From positions 9,285-73,284 of the forward strand of contig JADLAV010000026.1 of NCBI GenBank assembly GCA_020848075.1: a stretch of 64,000 bases of DNA, written 5' to 3'. Each line of letters begins with the position of its first letter. Positions within the stretch are counted from its first letter, which is position 1. Of the stretch, positions 20,649 through 30,516 are shown piece after piece. The notes below the pieces were generated by a model. The model did no database searches, had not been told where the DNA came from, and saw only the letters and a list, made by a program, of their open reading frames with translations. The DNA is from Burkholderiales bacterium. Its GTDB lineage: Bacteria; Pseudomonadota; Gammaproteobacteria; Burkholderiales; SG8-39. The position numbers and the translations under genes are program-made.

Positions 20649-21433
20649 TGACCACCCTCGCGTACATCACGGCGGCGAGCGTCCTGGGCGCGGTGCTGTC
20701 GATCGTGTGCGCCGCGCTCATCTCGTACGCAGCGCCGCAGAAATGGGTGAGCGCGCTCGTGAGCCTCGCCATCGGCGCCTTGCTCGGCGCCGCCTTTCTC
20801 GAGATCCTGCCCCATGCGCTGGAGACCCCAGGCGGCGAACGCACCGTCCCGGCGACGGTGCTCGGCGGCATCCTGGGCTTTTTCCTGCTCGAGAAGCTCG
20901 TGCTCTGGCGCCACTATCACTTCGGCGATGAGAGCGCCGGCCAGGAGGAAACCTCGCTCCGTGCGCCCGTGGCGCACGATCACGGCCGGTCCGGGCTGCT
21001 GATCCTGCTGGGGGACGGCTTCCACAACTTCGTCGACGGCGTGCTGATCGCGGCGGCGTTCATGGAGAGTTCCGCGCTCGGCGTGGTGACGGCCACCGCG
21101 GTGATCGCCCACGAGATCCCGCAAGAGGTGGGCGACTTCCTGATCCTGCTGCACTCGGGCTACACCCGCGCGCGCGCTTTCGTGCTCAATCTCGCTTCCA
21201 GTCTCGCGATGTTCGTCGGCGCGCTCGGCGCCTACTTCGCCCTCCGGCAGCTGCAGGGCTGGATCGACACCATGCTCGCGATCGCCGCCGCCAGTATGAT
21301 CTACGTGGCGGTGGCCGACCTCATCCCGTCCCTGCACAAGCGGACGGAACTGCGCGCCACCGTCCAGCAGGTGCTGCTGATCGGGCTCGGGGTGCTGCTC
21401 ATCTGGGTGACCGGCGAGTGGGCCCACGGGTAG
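20648..21433 (+). CDS. ZIP-family divalent metal transporter
   Basis: The ATG overlaps the pgeF stop by 1 nt (TGATG); TTG at 20645 is the alternative. HNFVDGVLIAAAF and HEIPQEVGDFLILLHSGY are ZIP signatures. Confidence 0.85.
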   Translation: MTTLAYITAASVLGAVLSIVCAALISYAAPQKWVSALVSLAIGALLGAAFLEILPHALETPGGERTVPATVLGGILGFFLLEKLVLWRHYHFGDESAGQEETSLRAPVAHDHGRSGLLILLGDGFHNFVDGVLIAAAFMESSALGVVTATAVIAHEIPQEVGDFLILLHSGYTRARAFVLNLASSLAMFVGALGAYFALRQLQGWIDTMLAIAAASMIYVAVADLIPSLHKRTELRATVQQVLLIGLGVLLIWVTGEWAHG

Positions 21434-21478
21434 GGAACCCTTGATGCGTAACGGAAAATCGGCCTGCCTCCCACTTTC

Positions 21479-21507
21479 TTGACACGCCGTTTGTGCGGTG
21501 CAATACT
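21479..21507 (+). promoter_or_regulatory. Sigma70-type promoter for phaC
   Basis: TTGACA (21479-21484), an exact 17-nt spacer ending in TGc (extended -10), then AATACT (21502-21507). It lies about 40 nt upstream of the proposed phaC start. Confidence 0.5.
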
Positions 21508-21549
21508 GCGTCGTATCACCGCGCTAATTTGCTGTTGCAGAAAGGAAAG

Positions 21550-23280
21550 TTGGCAACGCCTGCCTTCTCCCAGGCCGACCCGTCGGCACGAGCCGGATCG
21601 GCGGTCTTGAACGGGCTGCTGCAATGGCTCGCGAGCGGCCCTGACGCCGACGTATCCAGGCAGCTGGCGGAATGGTCGACGCAGTCCGCGCGCGCGGTCG
21701 AGCTCTATGCTGCGCACCACAAACGGACCGCGGCGCTCTGGGGCGCGACGTTTGCGCGCGACGCCGGGGGCGCGGACGCTCAGGAGCGCGAGACGGTGGC
21801 GCGGCCCGATCCGGGTGATCGTCGGTTCGCGGCCGCCGAGTGGCGGAACGACGCGTACTTCGACTTCATCAAGCAGAGCTATCTCCTCAACGCGCAGTTC
21901 CTCGCCGAGCTGGTCGAATCCGCCGAGATCGAGCCGCGCGCCAAGGGCCGGCTGCGCTTCTACGCCCGCCAACTGATCGACGCGGCGAGCCCCGCGAACT
22001 TCGCCGCGACCAATCCCGAGGTGCTGCGCCTCGCGCGCGAGACGAACGGCGAGGCCGTCACGCGCGGCGCGCAAAATCTCCTCGGCGACTTCAGCCGCGG
22101 CCGCATCTCGACGACCGACGAATCCGCGTTCGGCGTCGGCCGCAACATCGCGGTCACGCCCGGCACGGTGATCTTCGAGAACGAGCTGATCCAGCTCATC
22201 CAGTACGCGCCGGCGGGCGCGGCGGTGCGCCGCCGCCCGCTGGTCATCGTTCCGCCGTGCATCAACAAGTTCTACGTGCTCGATCTCACGCCGGAGAACT
22301 CGTTCGTGCGCTACGCGGTGGAGCGGGGCAACACGGTGTTCATGGTCTCGTGGCGCAACCTCACCTCCGAGCTCGGGCACCTGACGTGGGACGACTACGT
22401 CCGCGACGGCGTGATCAAGGCCCTCGAGATCGCGCGGGAGGTCGCCAAAGCGGATCAGGTGAACGCGCTCGGCTTCTGCGTCGGCGGGACGCTGCTCGCG
22501 TCCGCGCTCGCCGTGCTCCTGGCGCGCGGCGACGACTGGGCCGCGAGCCTGACGTTGCTCGCGACGCTGCTCGACTTCTCCGACGCGGGAGAGATCGGGC
22601 TCTTCGTCGACGAGGCGAGCGTCGCCGCGAAGGAGGCCGAGATCGGGCGCGGCGGCATCATGGAGGGCCGCAACCTCGCCTTCGTGTTCTCGATGCTGCG
22701 CGCGAACGACCTGGTGTGGTCGTACGTGGTGAACAACTACCTCAAGGGCCGCTCGCCCGAGCCGTTCGACATCCTGTACTGGAACGCCGACTCGACCAAT
22801 CTCGCCGGCCCCTGGTACTGCTGGTACGTGCGCAACATGTATCTGGAGAACCGGCTGCGCGAGCCTGCGGCCCTGACGGTGTGCGGCGAGCCGGTGGATC
22901 TCGGCCGGCTGCGGATGCCGGCATACGTTCTCGCGACCCGCGAGGACCACATCGTGCCGTGGCGATCGAGCTATGCGGCGACCGCACTGCTCAAGGGCCG
23001 CACGCGGTTCGTGCTCGGTGCGAGCGGCCACATCGCCGGCGTGGTCAACCCGGCGTCGAAGAATCGCCGGAGCTACTGGACGAGCGAGTTCCTCGCCGCA
23101 TCGCCCGACACGTGGCTGAAAGGCGCACGCGAGGTGAGGGGAAGCTGGTGGGGCGACTGGGACGGCTGGCTCGCGCGGTTCGCCGACGGCGAGACGCCCG
23201 CGCCGGAGCGTCCCGGCGGCGGCGAGTACGAGCGCATCGAGGATGCCCCCGGGCGCTACGTGCAGTTCCGGGTGGTGTGA
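21550..23280 (+). CDS. phaC: Class I poly(3-hydroxyalkanoate) synthase
   Basis: Colinear with Cupriavidus PhaC from memory (RRFAAAEWRNDAYF, lipase box GFCVGG, PPCINKFYVLDL, DHIVPW, GHIAGVVNP). The TTG at 21550 gives MATPAF, like MATGKG. The GTG at 21493 would sit inside the promoter. Confidence 0.95.
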   Translation: MATPAFSQADPSARAGSAVLNGLLQWLASGPDADVSRQLAEWSTQSARAVELYAAHHKRTAALWGATFARDAGGADAQERETVARPDPGDRRFAAAEWRNDAYFDFIKQSYLLNAQFLAELVESAEIEPRAKGRLRFYARQLIDAASPANFAATNPEVLRLARETNGEAVTRGAQNLLGDFSRGRISTTDESAFGVGRNIAVTPGTVIFENELIQLIQYAPAGAAVRRRPLVIVPPCINKFYVLDLTPENSFVRYAVERGNTVFMVSWRNLTSELGHLTWDDYVRDGVIKALEIAREVAKADQVNALGFCVGGTLLASALAVLLARGDDWAASLTLLATLLDFSDAGEIGLFVDEASVAAKEAEIGRGGIMEGRNLAFVFSMLRANDLVWSYVVNNYLKGRSPEPFDILYWNADSTNLAGPWYCWYVRNMYLENRLREPAALTVCGEPVDLGRLRMPAYVLATREDHIVPWRSSYAATALLKGRTRFVLGASGHIAGVVNPASKNRRSYWTSEFLAASPDTWLKGAREVRGSWWGDWDGWLARFADGETPAPERPGGGEYERIEDAPGRYVQFRVV

Positions 23281-23321
23281 ACAGTGGGCTTGGCGGCCCG
23301 TAATCGTGAAGGAGCGTACGA

Positions 23322-24500
23322 ATGACCGATGTCGTGATTGTGGCGGCGGCGCGCACCGCGGTGGGGAGCTTCAACGGGGCGCTGGCGAAGTTTCCGGCGG
23401 CGGATCTCGGCGCCCACGTGATCAAGGCGCTCCTGGCGCAGACCGGGATCAAGCCCGATCAGGTTTCCGAGGTGATTCTCGGTCAGGTCCTGACCGCGGG
23501 GGTTGGCCAGAATGCGGCGCGGCAGGCCGCGCTGAAGGCCGGGCTGCCCGACATGGTGCCCGCGATGACCATCAACAAGGTGTGCGGCTCGGGCCTCAAG
23601 GCGACGCACCTCGCGGCGCAAGCCATCAAGGCCGGCGATGCGGAGATCGTGATCGCCGGCGGGCAGGAGAGCATGAGCCAGGCGCCGCATGTGATGATGG
23701 GCTCGCGCAACGGGTTCCGGATGGGCGACGCGAAGCTGCAGGACTCGATGATCGTGGACGGGCTGTGGGACGTCTACAACCAATACCACATGGGAGTCAC
23801 CGCGGAGAACGTCGCGAAGAAGTACGGGATCGGCCGCGAGGAGCAGGACCGCTTCGCGTACGAGTCGCAGCGCAAGGCCGAGGCGGCACAGAAAGCCGGC
23901 CGGTTCGCCGACGAGATCGTGCCGCTCGAGATCCCGCAGAAGAAGGGCGCGCCGGTCGTGTTCGACGCGGACGAGTATCCGAAGCACGGCACCACGGTCG
24001 AGACGCTCGCCGCGCTGCGCCCGGCGTTCGACAAGCAGGGCACGGTGACCGCCGGCAATGCATCGGGCATCAACGACGGCGCCGCGGCCGTGGTGATGAT
24101 GTCAGCCGCGAAGGCGAAGTCGCTCGGTCTCGCGCCGCTCGCGCGGGTGCGCGCGTACTCGTCGGCCGGCGTGGACCCGAAGCTCATGGGGATGGGGCCG
24201 GTGCCGGCGTCGAAACTCTGCCTGTCGAAGGCCGGCTGGACCAAGGACGAGCTCGACCTCATGGAGATCAACGAGGCGTTCGCCGCGCAGGCCTGCGCGG
24301 TGAACAAGGAGATGGGCTGGGACACCTCGAAGATCAACGTGAACGGAGGAGCGATCGCGATCGGCCACCCGATCGGCGCGTCGGGCTGCCGCATCCTGGC
24401 GACGCTGCTCCACGAGATGCGCCGCAGGAATGCCCGGAAAGGCCTCGCGTCGCTGTGCATCGGCGGCGGCATGGGCGTTGCCCTGGCGATCGAGCGGTGA
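23322..24500 (+). CDS. phaA: Acetyl-CoA acetyltransferase (beta-ketothiolase)
   Basis: [11 protein letters not shown] (active-site Cys), [39 protein letters not shown] ribosome-binding site. Confidence 0.95.
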   Translation: MTDVVIVAAARTAVGSFNGALAKFPAADLGAHVIKALLAQTGIKPDQVSEVILGQVLTAGVGQNAARQAALKAGLPDMVPAMTINKVCGSGLKATHLAAQAIKAGDAEIVIAGGQESMSQAPHVMMGSRNGFRMGDAKLQDSMIVDGLWDVYNQYHMGVTAENVAKKYGIGREEQDRFAYESQRKAEAAQKAGRFADEIVPLEIPQKKGAPVVFDADEYPKHGTTVETLAALRPAFDKQGTVTAGNASGINDGAAAVVMMSAAKAKSLGLAPLARVRAYSSAGVDPKLMGMGPVPASKLCLSKAGWTKDELDLMEINEAFAAQACAVNKEMGWDTSKINVNGGAIAIGHPIGASGCRILATLLHEMRRRNARKGLASLCIGGGMGVALAIER

Positions 24501-24552
24501 GGCCGGGTCAGGCACGGCCGAAGACCATCGGACACGGCGGAGGAAGCGGCGT

Positions 24553-25293
24553 ATGACCGAGCGGGTCGCATTCGTTTCCGGCGGGATGGGCGGCATCGGG
24601 ACCGCGATCTGCAAGCGCCTTGCGCGCGACGGCAGGAGAGTCGTCGCGAACTGCCTTCCCGACTACGAGAAGAAGGACGATTGGCTGCACGCGATGCGCG
24701 GCCAGGGCTATGCCGTGTACGCGGCCGAGGGCAACGTCGAGGACTACGACTCCTGCGACGAGATGTTCCGCAACGTGCGCGCGGCGGTCGGCCCGGTGGA
24801 CATCCTGGTGAACAACGCCGGTATCACGCGCGACGGCGTGTTCCGGCGCATGACGCCGTCCGACTGGTATGCGGTGATCAACACCAACCTGAACTCGGTG
24901 TTCAACGTGACGCGCCAGGTCGTCGACGGCATGATGGAGCGCGGCTGGGGCCGGATCGTCAACATCTCGTCGGTCAACGCACTGAAGGGCCAGTTCGGCC
25001 AGACGAACTACTCGGCCGCGAAGGCCGGCATGCATGGATTCTCGAAGGCGCTCGCGCAGGAGGTGGTGAAGAAGGGCGTGACGGTGAACACGCTCTCGCC
25101 GGGCTACGTGAACACCGACATGGTGCGCGCGATCAAGCCGGAGATCCTGCAGAATATCGTCGGGTCCATTCCGATGGGGCGCCTCGCGGAGCCCGACGAG
25201 ATCGCCGGCCTGATCGCCTACCTGTGCTCGGACGAGGCCGGCTACATCACCGGCGCGAACATCTCGATCAACGGCGGCCTGCACATGGAGTGA
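24553..25293 (+). CDS. phaB: Acetoacetyl-CoA reductase (SDR)
   Basis: VSGGMGGIGTAI, NNAGITRD, YSAAKAG, and the C-terminal GANISINGGLHM. Confidence 0.95.
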   Translation: MTERVAFVSGGMGGIGTAICKRLARDGRRVVANCLPDYEKKDDWLHAMRGQGYAVYAAEGNVEDYDSCDEMFRNVRAAVGPVDILVNNAGITRDGVFRRMTPSDWYAVINTNLNSVFNVTRQVVDGMMERGWGRIVNISSVNALKGQFGQTNYSAAKAGMHGFSKALAQEVVKKGVTVNTLSPGYVNTDMVRAIKPEILQNIVGSIPMGRLAEPDEIAGLIAYLCSDEAGYITGANISINGGLHME

Positions 25294-25396
25294 GGCGGGC
25301 CGAATAGCCGCGCCGGATGCGTGCCATAATCGCGCTCGACGACATTCCCGGCCTTCGGGCAGCGAGGGTCGGAGCACCGGCACCGAGGAGGAGGCG

Positions 25397-26140
25397 ATGG
25401 CGCAGAGAGTGGCCCTGATCACGGGCGGAATGGGAGGCCTTGGCGAGACGATCAGCACCAAGATGCACGACGCGGGCTACCGGGTCGTGGTGACGCACTC
25501 GCCGACGAACAAGAGTGCCGCCGCTTGGAGCGGCGAGATGAAGGCGCGCGGCTACGATTTCCATCCGGTGCCGGTCGACGTGTCGGATTTCGATTCCTGC
25601 CAGCAGTGCGTCGCCCGGGTGCAGGCGGAGGTCGGTCCGATCGACATTTTGGTCAACAATGCCGGCATCACGCGGGACATGACCTTCAAGAAGATGGGCA
25701 AGCCCGACTGGGACGCCGTGATGAAGACCAACCTGGACAGCGTGTTCAATATGACGAAGCCGGTGTGCGACGGCATGGTCGAGCGCAACTGGGGCCGCAT
25801 CATCAACGTCTCGTCGGTGAACGGGCAGAAGGGTGCTTTCGGCCAGACCAACTACTCGGCCGCGAAGGCGGGGATGCACGGGTTCACGAAGGCGCTCGCG
25901 CTCGAAGTGGCGCGGAAAGGTGTGACGGTGAACACGATCTCGCCCGGCTACATCGGCACCAAGATGGTGATGGCGATTCCGAAGGACATCCTGGAGACGA
26001 AGATCGTCCCGCAGATTCCGGTGGGACGGCTCGGCAAACCAGAAGAGGTCGCCGGCCTGATCATCTATCTGTGTTCCGAGGAGGCGGCGTTCGTGACGGG
26101 CGCGAACATCGCGATCAACGGCGGCCAGCACATGTATTGA
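25397..26140 (+). CDS. Second acetoacetyl-CoA reductase paralogue
   Basis: Same motifs as phaB (ITGGMGGLGETI, NNAGITRD, YSAAKAG, GANIAINGGQHM) and clearly diverged from the first copy. GAGGAGGAGG ribosome-binding site. Confidence 0.9.
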   Translation: MAQRVALITGGMGGLGETISTKMHDAGYRVVVTHSPTNKSAAAWSGEMKARGYDFHPVPVDVSDFDSCQQCVARVQAEVGPIDILVNNAGITRDMTFKKMGKPDWDAVMKTNLDSVFNMTKPVCDGMVERNWGRIINVSSVNGQKGAFGQTNYSAAKAGMHGFTKALALEVARKGVTVNTISPGYIGTKMVMAIPKDILETKIVPQIPVGRLGKPEEVAGLIIYLCSEEAAFVTGANIAINGGQHMY

Positions 26141-26145
26141 GCGTC

Positions 26146-26174
26146 GCGCGGCCCGCCGGCAGGGCGGGCCGCGC
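26146..26174. terminator. 12-bp perfect GC hairpin between convergent phaB2 and the phasin gene
   Basis: GCGCGGCCCGCC-ggcag-GGCGGGCCGCGC read directly. No U-run. Confidence 0.4.
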
Positions 26175-26235
26175 AACATGGAAGCGCTGCCGGGCCGTCG
26201 CCGCCCGGCAAGGAAACGGCAGGGGTCTGATGGAG

Positions 26236-26766
26236 CTACTTGTTCGATGCGCCGCGCACCATCTGCTCGGCGGCGGTCTTCATGGCCGCCTCGGAGAGCT
26301 GCGCGAACTGCCGCGTCGCCTTGTTCAGACTGTCCATCATGGCCGTGGCCGTGGACAGGGTGGACTTGAGCGCGGCTGCCGACAGCTCGCTCCCCGGCGC
26401 GGCCCGCCCTGCCTTTTCGGCCGACTCGGAGATGTCCTTCGAGAAGCTCGCCATGCTCGCCTCGAACGTCTGCGCAAGCTGCGCCTGAGTGGCCGCGACG
26501 ACCTGGTAGATGCTGTTCGCGTAGCTCGCCGCCTGTTGCACGCAGGTCTGCGCGAGCTTGCTGCGCAGCGCCATCAGCTTCGACGGATCGTCCGCGGCGA
26601 GCAGCTCGCGGGTGGCCTGGCTGTTCTGCTCCAGCGCGGCGCGCGCGGCTTCGAGGTTGACCTTGAGCAGCTGCTCGACAGTCGCGAGGCTCGTGCGCGC
26701 GCAGCTCATCGCGGCTTCGACGGCGGCCTGGTTCCACGCGGCCATGTCCTGAGCGGGGTCGTTCAT
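26236..26766 (-). CDS. phaP: Phasin (PHA granule-associated protein)
   Basis: ATG at 26766 (MNDPAQDM). The protein is Ala/Gln/Leu-rich, helical and low in complexity, as phasins are. It sits between phaB and phaR. Confidence 0.8.
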   Translation of the reverse strand: MNDPAQDMAAWNQAAVEAAMSCARTSLATVEQLLKVNLEAARAALEQNSQATRELLAADDPSKLMALRSKLAQTCVQQAASYANSIYQVVAATQAQLAQTFEASMASFSKDISESAEKAGRAAPGSELSAAALKSTLSTATAMMDSLNKATRQFAQLSEAAMKTAAEQMVRGASNK

Positions 26767-26916
26767 GACGGATCTCTTTATGGCGAGGGGGCGAGCAGAC
26801 AGGGCAGCTGTGACCACCCTGCTGCAACGCTACGATATACCCTTTCCCGGCCGCATTGGCAAGCCGAGCCGGCTCCCCGCCGGTGGCATCATTAGCATCC
26901 CCCGACGGACTCACGT

Positions 26917-27525
26917 ATGACGCTCGCAAAACCGCAAAGCCCAATGTCCGACTCTGTCCGCCTGATCAAGAAATACCCGAACCGCCGCCTGTACGACACG
27001 CAGACGTCGAGCTACATCACGCTCGCCGACGTGAAGGAGCTCGTGCTCAAGCACGAGCAGTTCCAGGTCGTGGACGCCAAGTCGGGCGAGGACCTGACGC
27101 GCCAGATCCTGCTCCAGATCATTCTCGAGGAGGAGTCCACCGGCTCGCCGATGTTCTCGCACGACGCGCTCACGCAGCTCATCCGCTTCTACGGCAACGC
27201 GATGCAGGGAATCATGGGCAACTACCTGGAGCGGAACATCCAGGCGTTCATGGAGATCCAGAAGAACATGCAGGAGCAGTCGCGCACGCTGTACGGTGAC
27301 TCCGGCAAGGCGAGCCAGGATGTGTGGTCGCAGTTCCTCACGTTTCAGGGCCCGGCGATGCAGAGCCTGATGCAGACGTACCTGGAGCAGAGCAAGAACA
27401 TGTTCCGGCAGATGCAGGACCAGCTGCAGGCCCAGACGCGCAACATGTTCACGGCGTTCACCGGCCCCGCCCAGGCGGGCGAAGGCGGCAAGGGCACCGG
27501 CGAGAAGCCCGACGAGCCGGAGTGA
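26917..27525 (+). CDS. phaR: PHA synthesis repressor PhaR
   Basis: [28 protein letters not shown]...[15 protein letters not shown] is nearly identical to the known PhaR N-terminus. The start may be ATG 26944. Confidence 0.9.
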   Translation: MTLAKPQSPMSDSVRLIKKYPNRRLYDTQTSSYITLADVKELVLKHEQFQVVDAKSGEDLTRQILLQIILEEESTGSPMFSHDALTQLIRFYGNAMQGIMGNYLERNIQAFMEIQKNMQEQSRTLYGDSGKASQDVWSQFLTFQGPAMQSLMQTYLEQSKNMFRQMQDQLQAQTRNMFTAFTGPAQAGEGGKGTGEKPDEPE

Positions 27526-27554
27526 GCCGAAGCGGCGTGGCACGCGGGAGCGCG

Positions 27555-28955
27555 ATGACGGACGCCCCGAAAGTCGGATTCGTCTCGCTCGGCTGCCCGA
27601 AGGCGCTGGTCGACTCCGAGCGGATCCTCACCCAGCTGCGGGCCGAGGGCTACGCGATCTCCGGCGCCTATGACGGGGCCGACCTCGTCATCGTGAACAC
27701 GTGCGGCTTCATCGACGCCGCCGTGGCGGAATCGCTGGACGCGATCGGCGAGGCGGTGGCAGAGAACGGGCGCGTGATCGTGACCGGCTGCCTCGGCGCG
27801 CAGGGCGATCTCGTCCGGCGCGCCCACCCGGCGGTGCTCGCGGTGACCGGGCCGCAAGACGTCGCGGCGGTCATGGCCGCGGTGCACGCGGAGCGGCCGC
27901 GCCCGCACGATCCGTTCACCGACCTGGTGCCGCCGCAGGGCATCCGGCTCACCCCGCGGCACTATGCTTACCTGAAGATCTCCGAGGGCTGCAATCACCG
28001 CTGCACGTTCTGCATCATCCCGTCGATGCGCGGCGAGCTCGTCAGCCGGCCGATCGGCGAGGTGATGCGCGAGGCGGAGCACCTCGTGCGGGCCGGCGTG
28101 AAGGAGCTGCTGGTCATCGCGCAGGACACGAGCGCGTACGGCGTGGACATCCGGTACCGGACCGGCTTCTGGGCCGGCCGGCCGATCCGCACGAGCATGA
28201 CCGAGCTCGCGCGGGCGCTCGGTAGCCTCGGCGTCTGGGTGCGGCTCCACTACGTCTATCCCTATCCGCACGTGGACGAAGTGCTGCCGCTCATGGCCGA
28301 AGGCCGCGTGCTGCCCTACCTCGACGTGCCGTTCCAGCACGCGAGCCCGCGCATCCTCAAGCTGATGAAGCGCCCGGCGAGCGGCGAGGACAACCTCGAG
28401 CGCGTCTGCGCCTGGCGCGCGGCGTGTCCGGACCTCACCGTGCGCAGCACTTTCATCGTCGGGTTTCCCGGCGAGACCGAGGCCGAGTTCGAGGCGCTGC
28501 TCGACTTCATCGGCGCCGCGGAGCTCGACCGCGTGGGCTGCTTTGCGTACTCCCCCGTGGCCGGCGCCGCGGCGAACGCGTTGCCCGGGGCGGTCCCGCC
28601 CGAGGTGAAGGAGGAGCGCCGGGCGCGCTTCATGGCGGCGCAGGAAGCGGTGAGCGCCCGCCGCCTCGCCGGCAAGGTCGGCTGCACCCTTCGCGTCCTG
28701 GTGGACGAGGTCGCGCCGGGGCACGCCGTGGGGCGATCGGCCTCGGACGCGCCGGAGATCGACGGCGTGGTGCACATCGCGCGCCCTGGCCGCTTGCAAG
28801 TGGGGGACTGGGCGGAGGTTCGCATCACGCGGGCCGACGTGCACGATCTGCACGGCATTCGCGTAGCCGCCGTAGCCCGCCGGGGAAGCGCCGAAGGTGC
28901 GGCGCCACCGAGTACGCGGAAAAGTCGGCCGGAGAAAAGGCGGGTACCCGCTTGA
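27555..28955 (+). CDS. rimO: Ribosomal protein S12 methylthiotransferase RimO (radical SAM)
   Basis: [22 protein letters not shown], the radical-SAM motif [11 protein letters not shown], and a TRAM-like C-terminus. Confidence 0.9.
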   Translation: MTDAPKVGFVSLGCPKALVDSERILTQLRAEGYAISGAYDGADLVIVNTCGFIDAAVAESLDAIGEAVAENGRVIVTGCLGAQGDLVRRAHPAVLAVTGPQDVAAVMAAVHAERPRPHDPFTDLVPPQGIRLTPRHYAYLKISEGCNHRCTFCIIPSMRGELVSRPIGEVMREAEHLVRAGVKELLVIAQDTSAYGVDIRYRTGFWAGRPIRTSMTELARALGSLGVWVRLHYVYPYPHVDEVLPLMAEGRVLPYLDVPFQHASPRILKLMKRPASGEDNLERVCAWRAACPDLTVRSTFIVGFPGETEAEFEALLDFIGAAELDRVGCFAYSPVAGAAANALPGAVPPEVKEERRARFMAAQEAVSARRLAGKVGCTLRVLVDEVAPGHAVGRSASDAPEIDGVVHIARPGRLQVGDWAEVRITRADVHDLHGIRVAAVARRGSAEGAAPPSTRKSRPEKRRVPA

Positions 28956-29169
28956 TGGGGACACGCACACTTGCGCTCGGAGCGCGGGCCGAGCAAACAA
29001 CACCACCCCGCCGGCTGCGCCGGCACCCCTCCTCTCCGAGGAGGGGGGGGACTTGTCGATCCAGGCGCCGGGCGGGCGCAGACATCAGTGTAATCCCGCG
29101 CGCAGCGTGGGATGATCGGGCAACTGCCGCGTACCGAGGTGCGCGGCGCGCAACCAGCAGGAGGATGAC

Positions 29170-30351
29170 ATGGCTCGTGAAGTGGTGGTGGTATCGGGCG
29201 TGCGCGCGGCGATCGGCGATTACGGCGGCGCGCTGAAGGACGTTCCGCCGACGCAGCTCGGCGCGACCGTGATCCGGGAGGCCGTGGCGCGCGCCAAGGT
29301 GGATCCCGCCGCGGTGGGACACGTGGTGATGGGAGGCGTGATCCACGGCGAGGCGCGGGACATGTACCTCTCGCGCGTCGCCGCGCTCGACGCCGGTCTC
29401 GCGGCCGGCACGCCGTGCCTGACCGTCAACCGCCTGTGCGGCAGCGGCCTGCAGGCCATCGTGTCGGCGTCGCAGCACATCCTGCTCGGGGACTGCGACG
29501 TCGCGGTCGCCGGCGGCGCCGAGAGCATGAGCCGCGCCGCGTACTTCCTGCCCGCAGCGCGCTGGGGCCAGCGCATGGGCGACAGCCCCGTGATCGACGC
29601 GATGACCGCGGCGCTGCACGACCCGTTCGGCCACGGCCACATGGGCGTGACCGCCGAGAACATCGCGGCGAAGTACGGGTTCACGCGGGAGCAGCAGGAT
29701 GCGTTCTCGATCGAGAGCCACCGCCGCGCCGCCAGGGCGATCGAGGCCGGCTATTTCAGGAGCCAGATCGTCCCGATCGAGCTCAAGTCGAAGAAGGGCA
29801 CGGTGACGTTCGACACCGACGAGCACGTGCGCAAGGACCTCAAACCCGAGGACATGGCGAAGCTGAAGGCCGCGTTCAAGAAAGACGGGACCGTCACCGC
29901 GGGCAACGCGTCCGGCATCAACGATGGCGCGGCTGCGGTCGTGCTGATGGAGCGCGCGGCTGCCGAGAAGCAAGGCGTGCAGCCCCTCGCGCGTCTCGTC
30001 GCGTATGCGCACGCGGGGGTGGAGCCGCAGGTGATGGGGCTGGGGCCGATCCCCGCGGGGCGGCGAGTCTTCGAAAAGGCCGGCCTCAAGCCCGCCGACA
30101 TGCACATCATCGAGTCGAACGAGGCCTTCGCGGTCCAGGCGATGGCGGTCACGCGCGACCTCGAGCTCGACCCGGCAAAGGTCAACCCGAACGGCGGCGC
30201 GGTCGCGCTCGGCCATCCGATCGGCGCGACGGGCGCCATCCTGACGGTCAAGGCGCTCTACGAGCTCGCCCGGATCGACAGGCGGTATGCGCTGGTCACG
30301 ATGTGCATCGGCGGGGGCCAGGGGATCGCAGCGATCTTCGAGCGGATGTGA
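29170..30351 (+). CDS. Second acetyl-CoA acetyltransferase (BktB-like thiolase)
   Basis: [49 protein letters not shown] ribosome-binding site. Confidence 0.95.
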   Translation: MAREVVVVSGVRAAIGDYGGALKDVPPTQLGATVIREAVARAKVDPAAVGHVVMGGVIHGEARDMYLSRVAALDAGLAAGTPCLTVNRLCGSGLQAIVSASQHILLGDCDVAVAGGAESMSRAAYFLPAARWGQRMGDSPVIDAMTAALHDPFGHGHMGVTAENIAAKYGFTREQQDAFSIESHRRAARAIEAGYFRSQIVPIELKSKKGTVTFDTDEHVRKDLKPEDMAKLKAAFKKDGTVTAGNASGINDGAAAVVLMERAAAEKQGVQPLARLVAYAHAGVEPQVMGLGPIPAGRRVFEKAGLKPADMHIIESNEAFAVQAMAVTRDLELDPAKVNPNGGAVALGHPIGATGAILTVKALYELARIDRRYALVTMCIGGGQGIAAIFERM

Positions 30352-30367
30352 GCGCCGCGCGCGGCGT

Positions 30368-30398
30368 GAGGAGGGCGGCGCGAGGCGCCGTGCCCTCC
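30368..30398 (+). terminator. Strong GC hairpin after the thiolase gene
   Basis: AGGAGGGCGGCGC-gag-GCGCCgtGCCCTCCT (13 bp with a 2-nt bulge). No U-run. Confidence 0.35.
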
Positions 30399-30416
30399 TG
30401 AGGGAACTTCTGATCA

Positions 30417-30442
30417 AGTCATCCCCGCGCACGCGGGAATGA
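30417..30442. repeat. REP-like imperfect palindrome GTCATCCCCGCGCACGCGGGAATGAC
   Basis: 12+12 nt inverted repeat with one mismatch. Its minus-strand translation (VIPACAGMT) is the kind of peptide that REP-type elements produce in spurious ORFs in beta/gamma-proteobacteria (from memory). Confidence 0.5.
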
Positions 30443-30516
30443 CGGACATCTGCAGAGCTTCCTGAGGGGAATGGCCAGTCCCGTGCCGGTCGTCTTGCTG
30501 TCCGGGGCGCGCCCGG

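Noticed and set aside
21493-21549. GTG 21493 as the phaC start (the ORF-track start).
   Set aside because: It falls between the -35 and -10 elements of the best promoter. The extra 19 residues (MRCNTASYHRANLLLQKGK) have no counterpart in PhaC. TTG 21550 gives MATPAF, like known PhaC N-termini.
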